A stretch of DNA of 64,000 nt from Candidatus Bathyarchaeia archaeon. GTDB taxonomy: Archaea; Thermoproteota; Bathyarchaeia; Bathyarchaeales; Bathycorpusculaceae. Below are positions 39,103 to 50,135 of the stretch, one piece after another. Each line of letters starts with the position of its first letter. The stretch's first letter is position 1. Position numbers and translations under genes: made by a program. Location: NCBI GenBank assembly GCA_049522695.1, contig JBEKNP010000001.1:4261-68260 (forward strand), written 5' to 3'. The notes under the pieces are model-generated. The model had not been told where the DNA came from and made no database searches. It was given only the letters and a program-made list of their open reading frames with translations.

Positions 39103-40152
39103 CTATTTTTGGTTGACACAGTTCTCATAATTTGAATAGAGTCTTGATAATAAGGTAATTATTTCTTTCTCGGAGATTAAATTGGATAAATCTGAAGTAT
39201 AGACTACACTACCTTTGGCAGGCTTTGCAGTTTCTTTCAATCTTCCTGGATGAGGATTTATAATGTAATATTTTTCGGTTTCAACGACATTTGCTGCTTC
39301 AGTGGCGGTCATTAGTTCTTCATGCATTTTTTCACCGGGGTTAGCGCCTGTTTTTATGATTTTAATCGTTTGGCTGTCTTTATTATAAAGTTCTGAAAAA
39401 AAGACTCTACAAGCTTTAATTAAAGTGTTAACTTTAACCGCATTCATTTTAAGTACAAAAATTTCTCCAGAATTTGCTAATTCGGCAGCGTGTAAAACTA
39501 ACTTAGCTGCGTCAGAAGGTAACATTATGAATCTAGTCATTTCAGGATTTGTTACGGTTAATGGACATCCGCTTTTCACTTGTCTATCGAAAATAAGAAC
39601 AGCAGAACCTCTGCTGCCAAGCACGTTACCAAACCGAACAACAGAAAAAATCGGTCTGCTCGTCGATTTGCTTGAGCTTACTACTAGCCGTTCTCCTAGT
39701 AGTTTGGTCGTGCCTAAAACACTTATTGGATTAACAGACTTATCTGTACTAATGAAAACAAACTTTTTAATTCCATATTTAATGGCGCATTCAGCCGTTA
39801 TCTGTGTGCCGAGTACGTTTGTTGAAATAGCTTCATATGGATTACCTTCGCAGAAATCTACATGCTTCCTCGCAGCTGCGTGAAAAACATAATCACAATC
39901 TTTGATTACTGATTCGATACTGCGAGTGTCCGTAACATCTCCTAGCTTATAAAGTACTTCCGGATGCATACGTAGTAGGCTTCGAGCTTCAAAAAGTCCA
40001 TTCTCGTCATTATCAAAAAGAAGAATTTTTTTAGGTTTATAATTAAGAAGAGTTTTAGCGAGTTCCAAACCAATAGAACCTGTTCCGCCGGTTACTAGAA
40101 TCGTTGAATCTGTATAAACAGAGTTCTCAGATTTAGTTAATAACATGCACAC
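39103..40152 (-). CDS. UDP-GlcNAc 4,6-dehydratase family (PseB/CapD/FnlA-like)
   Basis: GTGSIG, AAARKHV, STDKSVNP, VRFGNVLGSRGS, PGEKMHEEL. Confidence 0.88.
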   Translation of the reverse strand: MCMLLTKSENSVYTDSTILVTGGTGSIGLELAKTLLNYKPKKILLFDNDENGLFEARSLLRMHPEVLYKLGDVTDTRSIESVIKDCDYVFHAAARKHVDFCEGNPYEAISTNVLGTQITAECAIKYGIKKFVFISTDKSVNPISVLGTTKLLGERLVVSSSKSTSRPIFSVVRFGNVLGSRGSAVLIFDRQVKSGCPLTVTNPEMTRFIMLPSDAAKLVLHAAELANSGEIFVLKMNAVKVNTLIKACRVFFSELYNKDSQTIKIIKTGANPGEKMHEELMTATEAANVVETEKYYIINPHPGRLKETAKPAKGSVVYTSDLSNLISEKEIITLLSRLYSNYENCVNQK

Positions 40153-40338
40153 TACCCTTCTTTCTTTAACTCATGTAAAGCGCTCAATATTTTAACTTTG
40201 TGTGTGCCACGAAAATTACAATTCTAATTTCTTCACTTGAGCTTATTGATGTTACATGCTTATCTTAAAAACCTGTATTAAATATAGTGCTATTCAAAAC
40301 CGTCATACTTTTATTTCGCAGATTAGCTTTTTACGATC

Positions 40339-41067
40339 ATGGACGCTAAAAAGTTGTTATCATTCTCGAATGCCCGAATCGTGTTAAATGAGCCATCAAC
40401 GATACCAGCTTTTCTGCGAGGAGGCAAAACCGAGGCTTACCGGGAAGCGTTACGAAAACTATTAGAGAACCTATCTCAGAGTGACTTAAAAGAGATAGGT
40501 GACTTATTGGAAAAATCTAATTCAATTTCTTCAGCAGCTTTCCCAAGAAAAATGGCTTTCTATAAAAGTGGCAGCGAATTTACCAATATTTTGATGCTGT
40601 ACTACCTTATCCGCCTTGAGAAACCACAACTAATCATAGAAACTGGTGTATGGACAGGAAAGACAAGCTGGACTATACTGCAAGCTTTAGCAGATAATGG
40701 ATCAGGTCATCTTATATCAGTGGACCTGGGAGTCAAATATATTTGTACTTCGCAGTTACCTATCAAAGAAATAGGCGGGTTTGTACCACAACGTCTACGT
40801 AGTTATTGGACATTAGAGATTGGCGATGCAGTGAAACTTGTTCCGGCCCTACTCAAGGAACACGGACCAATAGACATGTTTTACCACGATAGCGATCATA
40901 GTTATGAACATATGAAGTTTGAATTCACAACTGCCTACCAACATGTCAAGAACAACGGAATAATAAGCAGTGATGACATCAGCTTAAGCAATGCATGGAA
41001 GGAGTTTAGTCGCTCTCTAAGAGACCATTACGAAATTGACTATCTATTTGGATATGGACATAAATAA
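40339..41067 (+). CDS. Class I SAM-dependent methyltransferase (Methyltransf_24-like)
   Basis: IETGVWTGKTS, IDMFYHDSDHSY, DD. Confidence 0.8.
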   Translation: MDAKKLLSFSNARIVLNEPSTIPAFLRGGKTEAYREALRKLLENLSQSDLKEIGDLLEKSNSISSAAFPRKMAFYKSGSEFTNILMLYYLIRLEKPQLIIETGVWTGKTSWTILQALADNGSGHLISVDLGVKYICTSQLPIKEIGGFVPQRLRSYWTLEIGDAVKLVPALLKEHGPIDMFYHDSDHSYEHMKFEFTTAYQHVKNNGIISSDDISLSNAWKEFSRSLRDHYEIDYLFGYGHK

Positions 41068-41571
41068 ACGAAATTAGCAGGCAGATCAAAGAGCCACGAA
41101 TAGTGACCACCTCTGCCGGCTTTACGTACGCTCTGAACTTTATTTTGCCGGAGATTTTTAACCAGGGTCCGGTTTCTTATTAATCTGTTTTTTAAAATTT
41201 GACAATTATACTGATACACATGAGTCCCTGTAGTTATATAAAAAATATTGTTTAGGATTAGCAAATTTAATCCCTTTTTCTATCCTTTTTACAACAAAAC
41301 GTGCTAAGAAAAATAAATTACAAAGGTAACTTGGTAAATAAACGAAAACACAGGTACTTCTGCAAAAAGTCAATACCGCATCTTGGCAAGATGGATATAC
41401 CCGATTAAATTGCATCAGAAAATAAGCTTTGAAACAAAGGACTAAGAAAGCTTTGTCCTAAAGCCAAGGTTATCCAAAGTTTTTCATAACCCTTTAGAGA
41501 AGGCTGAATAGTTTGATTTTGCCCTTAAAAGAGCCAAACATGTGTTTGCCATCATCAACGTTATGTCAAAC

Positions 41572-42309
41572 TTACATTATCAATCCGCCATCTACAGAAA
41601 GCACGGCACCATTGACAAAACTGGCCTCATCCGAAGCAAGATACAAGTAAGCGTATGCAATATCTTTTGACGCTCCAAGCCTACCGAGAGGTGTTTTCTC
41701 TTTCATTGTTTGGAGAATCTTTTCAGGTACATTCAAAGTCATAGGTGTAATTATAAAACCAGGTGCTACCGCATTAACTCTTATTCCTTTCCTTCCAAGT
41801 TCCTTTGCCAAAGCCTTAGTCATTCCAATGAGTCCAGCTTTAGCAGCAGCGTAATTACATTGACCTATGTTGCCATATAATCCTATTATAGAAGATGCAT
41901 TAATAATTACACCTTGTCCCTGATTGATCATAACTTCGGTTACAGACTGTATGCAATTGAAAACTCCTGTAAGGTTGATTTCAATGACGCGATCCCATTG
42001 TTCTTTTGTCATTTTTAACATCAGGGCATCTTGGGTAATGCCTGCATTGTTTACCAACACGTCAATTCGACCGTATTTTTCTAAAGTAGTGTCAACCAGC
42101 TGTTTTAGTTGTTCTCTATTCGAGACATCTATCTTAACAAAAAATCCGTCTCCCATTTTCTTAATTTTCGCTACTGTTTCTTCGCCGTCTTTTTCATTTA
42201 TGTCTGCGACGACAACCTTAGCACCTTCTTTAGAAAACAGGAGTGCAGTTTCTTTGCCAATACCGCTTGCAGCTCCAGTGATAATTACAACTTTATTCTC
42301 AAGCCTCAT
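41572..42309 (-). CDS. fabG: 3-oxoacyl-ACP/acetoacetyl-CoA reductase (FabG/PhaB-like SDR)
   Basis: TGAASGIG, NNAGITQDA, GNIGQCNYAAAKAG, VAPGFIITPM, VDGG. Confidence 0.85.
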   Translation of the reverse strand: MRLENKVVIITGAASGIGKETALLFSKEGAKVVVADINEKDGEETVAKIKKMGDGFFVKIDVSNREQLKQLVDTTLEKYGRIDVLVNNAGITQDALMLKMTKEQWDRVIEINLTGVFNCIQSVTEVMINQGQGVIINASSIIGLYGNIGQCNYAAAKAGLIGMTKALAKELGRKGIRVNAVAPGFIITPMTLNVPEKILQTMKEKTPLGRLGASKDIAYAYLYLASDEASFVNGAVLSVDGGLIM

Positions 42310-42614
42310 TTTTATTCACACTTTCAATTTGCACTCTGGTCTATCCGATTTCAGGCTTAAAGGTGGATATTAATATATTTATGACGCACAAAACTATATA
42401 CATAAATTAGAGTTCCCTAAGCCCTAACTATGGATCTTTCAAAACTCAGTCATAATCTTCAGTTCACAATGTATGCCGTTGAAAGTTTTCAAGTTCGCAG
42501 TTTGATACTCAAATATACGAGATAGAAAAAGATGAAAGATTTAATTCAGGATAAAGAGACGGTAAAAAAGCAATTTATATTCTTAATATATTCTATAGGA
42601 GAAACAGGAGTAAA

Positions 42615-43586
42615 ATGAGAATTCATATTGCATCAAAAGATGAAATATCGACTGATCATCTAAGGAACATTCTTACAGCCAACAAGTTTCTTCCTTATGC
42701 AGAATACGGTATTTCAATTGATTGCCTAATTAATTATATTGTTAGAAATATCCAAGATTCTCTTGAAAAGGGTTCTTTTGTTCTTGTAGCAGAAGAAAAA
42801 AATAACATTCTCGGACTACTTGTCGGGGGAAAATCGGAATGGGATTCTAAACATTTCGGAATAGAGATAGCCATCATAAGGTATCTTTTCACTTCAGGAG
42901 ATTATTATGAAAGAAGACAATGCGCAAAAGAGTTATTGGCCAGCTTATCCGCAATCTCCAAATTTAAGCTTGTAATTTCACGGTCGCATACAGAAGACAT
43001 TCCTCTTGTTCATGCAATAGAGGATAGCTCCTTTCAGCTAATGGACACATTAGTTACTTACTATTTTGATTTTAAGAATAAAATTAGTGATTTTAAAGAA
43101 TCATGCAAAATTGAACCTTTAAAAGATGAGATGCCTGAATTAAAAAGGATTGCCAAAACAAGCTTCTCAGAGGCGAGTGTTGCAACAGATCACTTCCATG
43201 CAGACCATCGTTTGAATGAAGCAAAAAGTGACTCTTTATATGAACAGTGGGTAGAAGAGACCAGCAAAGATAAAGACAACGTTGTCTTAGTTGCAAAAAT
43301 CGATAACCGTCCAGTCGGATTCACCACGGGCAAAATAAATAACCAACTAAATAACTACTCAAACAAAAAAATAGGCTCACTAATTCTATCAGCGGTTTCC
43401 CTTGAATATAGACAAGCTCATGTTTATACAAGCATGATACAAACTGGATTAAGATGGTTTTCAGATAAGGTCGATATTGTTGATCTTGGAACCCAGATCG
43501 GTAATTATTCAGTACAAATCGCTTGGCAAAAATTAGGTTTTAGGATTGTAAGTTCCCGATACACCTGGCACAAATGGGTTGATTAA
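42615..43586 (+). CDS. Tandem GNAT acyltransferase (WecD-like aminosugar N-acyltransferase)
   Basis: SEWDSKHFG, DHFHADHRL, LYEQW, GTQIGNYSVQIAWQKLGFR. Confidence 0.75.
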   Translation: MRIHIASKDEISTDHLRNILTANKFLPYAEYGISIDCLINYIVRNIQDSLEKGSFVLVAEEKNNILGLLVGGKSEWDSKHFGIEIAIIRYLFTSGDYYERRQCAKELLASLSAISKFKLVISRSHTEDIPLVHAIEDSSFQLMDTLVTYYFDFKNKISDFKESCKIEPLKDEMPELKRIAKTSFSEASVATDHFHADHRLNEAKSDSLYEQWVEETSKDKDNVVLVAKIDNRPVGFTTGKINNQLNNYSNKKIGSLILSAVSLEYRQAHVYTSMIQTGLRWFSDKVDIVDLGTQIGNYSVQIAWQKLGFRIVSSRYTWHKWVD

Positions 43587-43660
43587 TCAAATTAATCTCG
43601 GTGCTCAATGTTAATGTTTTAGTGTTCGTAGCGAATGAGTGCTAATGTCTATTCAGTCGT

Positions 43661-46600
43661 TTAAATCCTATGGGAAGAAAGCTGTATTGTGCTTTTTTGT
43701 TTCAACTTTTTAGACCGCGCTCTGACTTTCAAAATTGAATAACAAATCAGCGCACAAACTATTACACCCGTTATTATTGATACACCAATTCCCAAGACAA
43801 AGTTGGTCTGTGGCTCATAGTAAAGCAACAAAGTAAAACTGTATGTCCCATTGGCATCTTGAGTTATCATATGTTGATCGGCAAGGGCGGTCAAGTTTAC
43901 GTACCAGCTGTTGGCATATCCGTTCAGAAGGAAGTGGTCATTGCCAAGAACTGAGGTACTTAGTAGTGGGGTGAGGTCATGTGAATCGGGGAAAGGAGTG
44001 CTTGCCTGCTCCAATTCAGTGCTTCCTGCGTAATTTCTGACGGGTGGGGCATCTCCTAATGTTTGTGTAGGTACTACATATAATTGCCAACCTTCTTGAT
44101 AACTTTCAAGGAAGTTCAAGAAGAACGGTCCTGATGCGTTTTCTGCATTTACCAACAACTTTCCAGGCTGGATTTGACGGAAAACCAACGTTGGTGCGAT
44201 GGAATTATTCTCAGGCATGTCTGTAGAAACCAAAGCAAGATCAAACTCTATCGGAGTCACTTTGACATTTAGTGCATTAGCGATGTCCTGCCTAAAGTTG
44301 GCATCAAGAGAAGTGTCGGTTAAAAGTTGTTCAAGACTGCTATAAGTGTTGGTTTCAAAGCTGAGTTTTACTACCCAAGTCCCATTATTGAGTCGATACA
44401 CAGGAGTATTTTCGACAATAATATTTGCTGGCAACTCGTCTTCTGTAATTCCATTAGGGAAAGTAAGTTGTACTTGCTGAGGAATATCTGAACTTGTCAC
44501 CAGGTTACCAGCGTCAAGATTAACACTGCCGATCTCGTACCAGCCATTTCCCACCGAGTTAAACTCACTTACTGGTACCGTTTGATTACCAAAAACTAAT
44601 TGCTTGCCAGCGTAAGGATTGGATGACGCATTCGTTGTCCCAGAATTACCTAAATTCATGTATATGTCAAAAAGTCCGGAGTTTTGAATGTCATCGACGT
44701 AATAGGTTAACGCGCGATCTGATGTCGTAACATTAGTTAGCTCCTGAACAGTCGCATTATCCTGCGCTATGGCTGATTTATCAGGAATAACGCTAGATTG
44801 TTGCAGAGCCAGGTCATTTTGGGCTTCTGCAAGATCTTGATCCGCTAAAATTGGCACGTATATGTCTTTGCCGTTAATGTTGGGAATAATTGCTGAGGAT
44901 GACGTGGAGCCGTTACTAACGTAGTCATAAGAAGTGTTGTAGTTGTTCAAGGATGCAAGAACTTCCAGTCGGGAGGTAACATAAGTGGTGCCCAAGAACG
45001 TGTCGTAGTTGTTAGTAGCGTAGACGTTGGCTGGAGAATTGGCATAAATCAAAGGCATAAAGTTATTCACATCGTAGATAGTAACGTTTCCGAAAGTTTG
45101 AGCATCGCTAATAAGACCTAAGTTACTTAGGGTACTGTAGAGGTCGTTGTATCTCTGCCAGTCATTGTCGTTTAGTTGGTAGGAATAATCTCCAGCCATA
45201 TCCTTGCTAAGCATTATCTGACCAACGTTAGATTTTTCTAATAGATAGTCAAAGTACCTGACTCTATCGACGTTAATTGTCGCGTTAGGAGTAGTATTGT
45301 CAGCAAAAATCGGACTGCCAGTAACCGGTGTTACTGGAATATCGGATTCGAAATCGACTTCGTTTTGTATTGCGTTAATAATATTATTGTCATATATGTC
45401 GCTACCAGTATACGAGCGTTCAAGCACAGGTTTGTTAAGTTCAACGCCGTCGAAAGTAATCCCGAAGTATCCCCATGAGTATCGATTTGTATATGATATC
45501 GATGGAAGATTCAAAATCTTGTATGAGACTGGATCGGCTTTTACATAGGCCGCAAGTTGTTGATAGTATGATGGAATATTGAAGAACCCTGGGGTATACA
45601 GTAGTTGGCCCGAGTAAGCTGGGTATGCATCAACTATCAAGGCAGTTACCAGCACAATGACGATTACTTTTTTGATCACTGATTTCTTTTTCAGAGAGTG
45701 AAAAGTTCTTGAAAACGTAAAGGTCCCAAAAGACTTCTTACCTATGGAAATCTTCCGAAGAGAGGTTCTCCTCAGAGAGGGTAGAATTCTTGAAAATGTA
45801 TAGGCTCCACTGATGCTTAAGGACGTGACTAACGCTGGCGCTATAATACCATAAGGGGTTCTGAGTATAACAAATTCTGATATATGCGTCATCAACCAAA
45901 TAAATATTCCACCGAATGGATCTCTGACACCTTTCATCAAGAAAAGGAATAAAATAGATATAATTCCTAAGCATAAGAGTCTACGCCTTAACAGATTTGA
46001 CTCTTTGAACAGCAAGCTTGCAAATGCAGCAACAGGAAGCAGAAAACTGCTCAGTACAAACACAGGGTTGTAGGTGAACAATGGGTAATATCGGTAACCA
46101 TATTGTCCAATAAAACCCGGCATTTCTATTATTTGATTCCAATTTCCTGTTCCGATCGTTCTAAATCCGTATAGCAACTGCGAGAAATCTCTGTTTTGCA
46201 GATTTAGTGAAAATACAGAAATCGTGTATATCTTGTCTGTGGCTGAAACTTGAAAATAAGGACTGAAAACCGTGTGCACGACAGCCCATATTAGAGGAAG
46301 AGATATTAGAACAAAAAGAAAACCTGTTAGAATAACCGTTACGACATCTTGCCGTTTATTATGACTCTCAACTAAAACATAGTAGAGAATATATAATCCC
46401 CCAAGTGCCAATGGGAAGATAGCAAAAGGCAATCCTATGAATCCACCCCAATTAAGATAAAACAGCACAAGAAGCACGAGCCAAAACCGTTTCTTGCCAG
46501 TCTGCAACAAAAGAAGAACTGCCGAGGTAATCAGTGCACTTGTGATCCAAGGCCAGACTTCAAGGAAAAGGGGATAAAAAACTTCGAGGTACATACCAAA

Positions 46601-47062
46601 ACTCGTGGCCGCAAGCAATCCTGCAAAGAAAGCAATTAAGTTTCTTCGGGGATCCCGATAAAAAATCGAATATGCCAACACAGCCACAGATAAACTTGGC
46701 AATATAAAGAGCAGCATATTAATGGTGAAATTCATTTGAAGAGCACTAAACCCAATGGCTGATAGAAAAGAGAAGAACAGCAAGGGAACCGCATACCCGG
46801 CTTCAGTGCCTAGTTCGACCCCGAATCCTCGAGTTTGTTGCCACATTGAGAATCTCTCCAAGAATTCTTGCCATGGATGCAACTCAATGTTACTGATATC
46901 GGTAAATGTGTAAAATCGCCCATATCCAAAATTAATCAGAAAAAAAACTACCATGATAATAGCAAGCAAGATAAACCAGAAATACTCAGAGAGAAATCGT
47001 GTAATGCGAACAGTAAGCACATGCAATACTGCATTCAAATCTTTCAACGTGTTACACCACAC
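43661..47062 (-). CDS. Large polytopic membrane protein, GT-C/AftD/YfhO-like, with extracellular domain and C-terminal TM anchor
   Basis: About 480-aa multi-TM N-terminus, IPSYY...YKILNLP motif, many N-x-S/T sequons, final TM followed by a basic tail. Confidence 0.65.
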   Translation of the reverse strand: MWCNTLKDLNAVLHVLTVRITRFLSEYFWFILLAIIMVVFFLINFGYGRFYTFTDISNIELHPWQEFLERFSMWQQTRGFGVELGTEAGYAVPLLFFSFLSAIGFSALQMNFTINMLLFILPSLSVAVLAYSIFYRDPRRNLIAFFAGLLAATSFGMYLEVFYPLFLEVWPWITSALITSAVLLLLQTGKKRFWLVLLVLFYLNWGGFIGLPFAIFPLALGGLYILYYVLVESHNKRQDVVTVILTGFLFVLISLPLIWAVVHTVFSPYFQVSATDKIYTISVFSLNLQNRDFSQLLYGFRTIGTGNWNQIIEMPGFIGQYGYRYYPLFTYNPVFVLSSFLLPVAAFASLLFKESNLLRRRLLCLGIISILFLFLMKGVRDPFGGIFIWLMTHISEFVILRTPYGIIAPALVTSLSISGAYTFSRILPSLRRTSLRKISIGKKSFGTFTFSRTFHSLKKKSVIKKVIVIVLVTALIVDAYPAYSGQLLYTPGFFNIPSYYQQLAAYVKADPVSYKILNLPSISYTNRYSWGYFGITFDGVELNKPVLERSYTGSDIYDNNIINAIQNEVDFESDIPVTPVTGSPIFADNTTPNATINVDRVRYFDYLLEKSNVGQIMLSKDMAGDYSYQLNDNDWQRYNDLYSTLSNLGLISDAQTFGNVTIYDVNNFMPLIYANSPANVYATNNYDTFLGTTYVTSRLEVLASLNNYNTSYDYVSNGSTSSSAIIPNINGKDIYVPILADQDLAEAQNDLALQQSSVIPDKSAIAQDNATVQELTNVTTSDRALTYYVDDIQNSGLFDIYMNLGNSGTTNASSNPYAGKQLVFGNQTVPVSEFNSVGNGWYEIGSVNLDAGNLVTSSDIPQQVQLTFPNGITEDELPANIIVENTPVYRLNNGTWVVKLSFETNTYSSLEQLLTDTSLDANFRQDIANALNVKVTPIEFDLALVSTDMPENNSIAPTLVFRQIQPGKLLVNAENASGPFFLNFLESYQEGWQLYVVPTQTLGDAPPVRNYAGSTELEQASTPFPDSHDLTPLLSTSVLGNDHFLLNGYANSWYVNLTALADQHMITQDANGTYSFTLLLYYEPQTNFVLGIGVSIITGVIVCALICYSILKVRARSKKLKQKSTIQLSSHRI

Positions 47063-47064
47063 CG

Positions 47065-48225
47065 TTACTTGTTGCTATCAGCTGCTAGTACTTCAGCTAT
47101 AGCCCCATCAAAGATGTGATTCCAATCAAATTGTTTAGAGTACTCAAAGGCATTACTCCGATACTCTTCTAACAGAGGTTCATTCGTAAGTAAGGTAACA
47201 ATCGCTTTTGCCAGTTCATCAGCATCATATCTGATAACTATACCGCATCGTCGTCGCTGGATTTCATAAGCATTATACGGTACATTCGTCAAAATAACAG
47301 GTAGACCAGACGCCAAATAGTTTTTTATTTTTCCGGGATCAGCGTAGCGAGTCCAAGTGTCAGTCTTCATATCATATGGAGCAACTGCACAAGCGCAATG
47401 TGATGATAATTCTTCCATTTCTTCATCGCTCTTGTATCCTACAAAAAGGACATAATTTTCGATTCCAAGTTCTTTTACCAGACATCTTAGTGCGGGCTCG
47501 TAATTGCCTTTTCCTATGACCAGGAATTCAAAATCAATTATCGCCTTTCTAATTTCGGGAATAGCTTTCAGAACTAGCTGAACACCTTGCTTTTCAAGCA
47601 AATGGCCAACGAATAATACGCGGTGCCTATGAATTTTTTCTATAGGTAATTTTACTCTTCGACTTGTCCAAATTCCTATCGGCACAATCCGTTGCGGACG
47701 TTTTGACTTGATTCCGTACATTTTTTCTCTTAATTTTTCAATTCTAGGAGATATGTTCCAAGCAAAATCACAATTCTTCAGAGCAAAACGATTTTCCTGG
47801 AAATATATCATATTCTTCCAACTGGCGCTGAAACGTAAGTTAGGAACAAAATCACCAGCCCAAAACACGGTTTTATCTACTCTGCGCAACTTTTTCAAAA
47901 TTATCCCAGGCAAAGCATCGAATCCACTAAGACCAATTGAGATATCCCATCTTTCTCCTGTTCGCAGAATACTAAACATAGCAAACATGAAATCCTTAAG
48001 CATAACAATTAGTTCGGGCGTATCTCTGTAGTTCCTGCTATTCCATCTTTTCACTATGGCACCATTCTGATGCTCTTCGTAGAAAGACCGTCTATTTGGA
48101 CTATCTGCAAAATCATGCCATATAAACAATACTCGATCGTAGCGCTTATCCAGATATTCTACAAGGTCGTCTTGGGTGGAAGCAGTGAATTTATGTGTAA
48201 CTACGAGAAAACTCTTCGCAACCAT
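47065..48225 (-). CDS. Glycosyltransferase family 4 (GT-B)
   Basis: FVGHLLEKQGV, PGKIKNYLASGLPVI, GIVI, FDW. Confidence 0.85.
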   Translation of the reverse strand: MVAKSFLVVTHKFTASTQDDLVEYLDKRYDRVLFIWHDFADSPNRRSFYEEHQNGAIVKRWNSRNYRDTPELIVMLKDFMFAMFSILRTGERWDISIGLSGFDALPGIILKKLRRVDKTVFWAGDFVPNLRFSASWKNMIYFQENRFALKNCDFAWNISPRIEKLREKMYGIKSKRPQRIVPIGIWTSRRVKLPIEKIHRHRVLFVGHLLEKQGVQLVLKAIPEIRKAIIDFEFLVIGKGNYEPALRCLVKELGIENYVLFVGYKSDEEMEELSSHCACAVAPYDMKTDTWTRYADPGKIKNYLASGLPVILTNVPYNAYEIQRRRCGIVIRYDADELAKAIVTLLTNEPLLEEYRSNAFEYSKQFDWNHIFDGAIAEVLAADSNK

Positions 48226-48228
48226 TTG

Positions 48229-49074
48229 CTATCGGACTCGTTTAGAGCACGGGACTGGACCATCAATCCAAAGTTGTAGTTTCAATGTAAAGGTTAGTAG
48301 AAAGAGATTCGTTACAGTTTGAATTAATTTTACTTTGCTCTTCCGTCCTGGCGGCTCTGTCACACGTACTGGAACCTCCCTTATCGACATATTTGCCCTA
48401 TCTGCGAGAAGCATGAGCTCAGTGTTAAAGAACCACCCATCACTCGTTAGGTAAGGCAATAGAGCGATAAACGCCTCCTTTCTCACCGCCTTTATTCCGC
48501 AAATATCACTATATTCGTATGAAAACAACAGCTTAATCCAGTAATGAAACGCTCTAGAAAGAAGACGCCTTAATGGCTTTGCGTCGGTACATGATCCAAC
48601 CGTAAAACGGGACCCAAAACAAACATCATATCCCTCTTGAGCCGCTTGAATTACCCGTTTCACATCATCAAAATCAAAAGGAAGGTCACCATCTATATGG
48701 CATTGAATGTCGGCACTACTGTTTTCCCAAGCTACCTTAAGCGCGATACCAACGCCCTTGCGATCTATTCTAAGGTATTTGACCTCCGGATATGATTCCG
48801 CTAACATCTGACCTATTTTCGGAGTCATATCTGTTGAAAAATTATCAGCAATAACAATCTCCCATTTGCATTCGAATGCTGATTTCATGAAAGAGAGCAG
48901 TCTTAGAACATTCTGCTCCAAAACTGATTCCTCGTTATAAACGGGAAGCACAATTGACAAGCTTTCATTATTCATAGTCATGTGAAACGATTTCATGGAT
49001 TCATAGGAACATCCTGTACTAGCGGACAATAATCCCAATTCAGGCGTTCCCAAAGAGCACTTTCTCATGATCAC
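48229..49074 (-). CDS. GT2, dolichol-phosphate sugar synthase-like
   Basis: SIVLPVYNEE, ADNFSTD, GVGIAL, DGD, GSRF, DICGIKA, FFNTEL. Confidence 0.85.
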   Translation of the reverse strand: MIMRKCSLGTPELGLLSASTGCSYESMKSFHMTMNNESLSIVLPVYNEESVLEQNVLRLLSFMKSAFECKWEIVIADNFSTDMTPKIGQMLAESYPEVKYLRIDRKGVGIALKVAWENSSADIQCHIDGDLPFDFDDVKRVIQAAQEGYDVCFGSRFTVGSCTDAKPLRRLLSRAFHYWIKLLFSYEYSDICGIKAVRKEAFIALLPYLTSDGWFFNTELMLLADRANMSIREVPVRVTEPPGRKSKVKLIQTVTNLFLLTFTLKLQLWIDGPVPCSKRVR

Positions 49075-50135
49075 TTACTCAAACTCCCCACAACGAGTGC
49101 CACAGGCATCGTTTATTACAATGGTGGGCGAGTTACAGCGAAAGAATTTGGATTTACACTGATGCATACGCCTTATAATTCTTCTATGAATATTCGCCCA
49201 GTCCCAGCTTGGTGTTAACGAGTTTAGATTTGTCAAAAGATCACGAACCGCCTCAATATTTTCATTACGTAAACTCCTCACTGGCTTTTCTGTTGTTTAT
49301 GCTTCTTGGACTATAAAGTTTGTGTATATAAGCACTTAAAAAAGTTAGTGGCAAAAAAACAAGAAATAAGGTTTCAAATATTTGTTGATCATCAGAATTT
49401 TTTTCTTTCTTTAATAAGATCCCCATTTTGGTATTTCGCCTCTTTCTTTATTTAGAAAATCCAGCAAAAAGGTATCTCAGGATCAATTTTACTATAAAGC
49501 AATGAGATACTAAGCAAAGTAACCTGACGGAAAGCTCGAGTCGAGTTCATGACGCAAAATTCAAAAAAAATCGATTAAACTAATTCAAATTCACTTCATC
49601 AAGTATTTTCCTATTTGTTGTAGTCGAACAACTACACAGTTTTTTGTAAATATTTAAAAAACTTTTTTTGACTTATAGGTCACCTTGATAAAATAAGTGA
49701 CTGACTAAGATGAGTTTTAATGCACTCTATAAGAACTGATGCTAAATGAACCTCAATTGCAAAAACGTGGCATTAGCGAAAGGAAGAAACAGAAATGACC
49801 ATAAAAATAATAAAAATAATTAAGAAATGGCGGTTCAAGAATAGAAACTTTGTATACCCACAATGCATGAATGTTTTTCCTAAAAAAACTGCGACGACAA
49901 GCGGAGATAGAGGAACCGCATATGGTATTCATGTTCATTGTAAAAAGTGCGGGCAGATAGTTGCATATAGCAATTAAAGAGTTAAAGTTTTCAGTCTAAC
50001 TTGCCGCTTTATGAAAAAGCAGTTTGGCGGTTTTTCATTAATTTTAAGAGAAAAAATCAGGCATGGTTTCAGCGAGCTAATAACATTAAACCGATCAAGT
50101 TTAACGTTATTCAATTTGGCCTAGGAAAAAAATAC

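Noticed and set aside
41300-41372. IS1-like zinc-ribbon scar (KGNLVNKRKHRYFCKK)
   Set aside because: Too short, lacks the paired Cys motifs, and has no terminal inverted repeats or transposase core nearby
49075-49977. Small ORFs 49075-49281 and 49795-49977
   Set aside because: They lie in an AT-rich spacer with no family motif or RBS support; they could be remnants but cannot be supported
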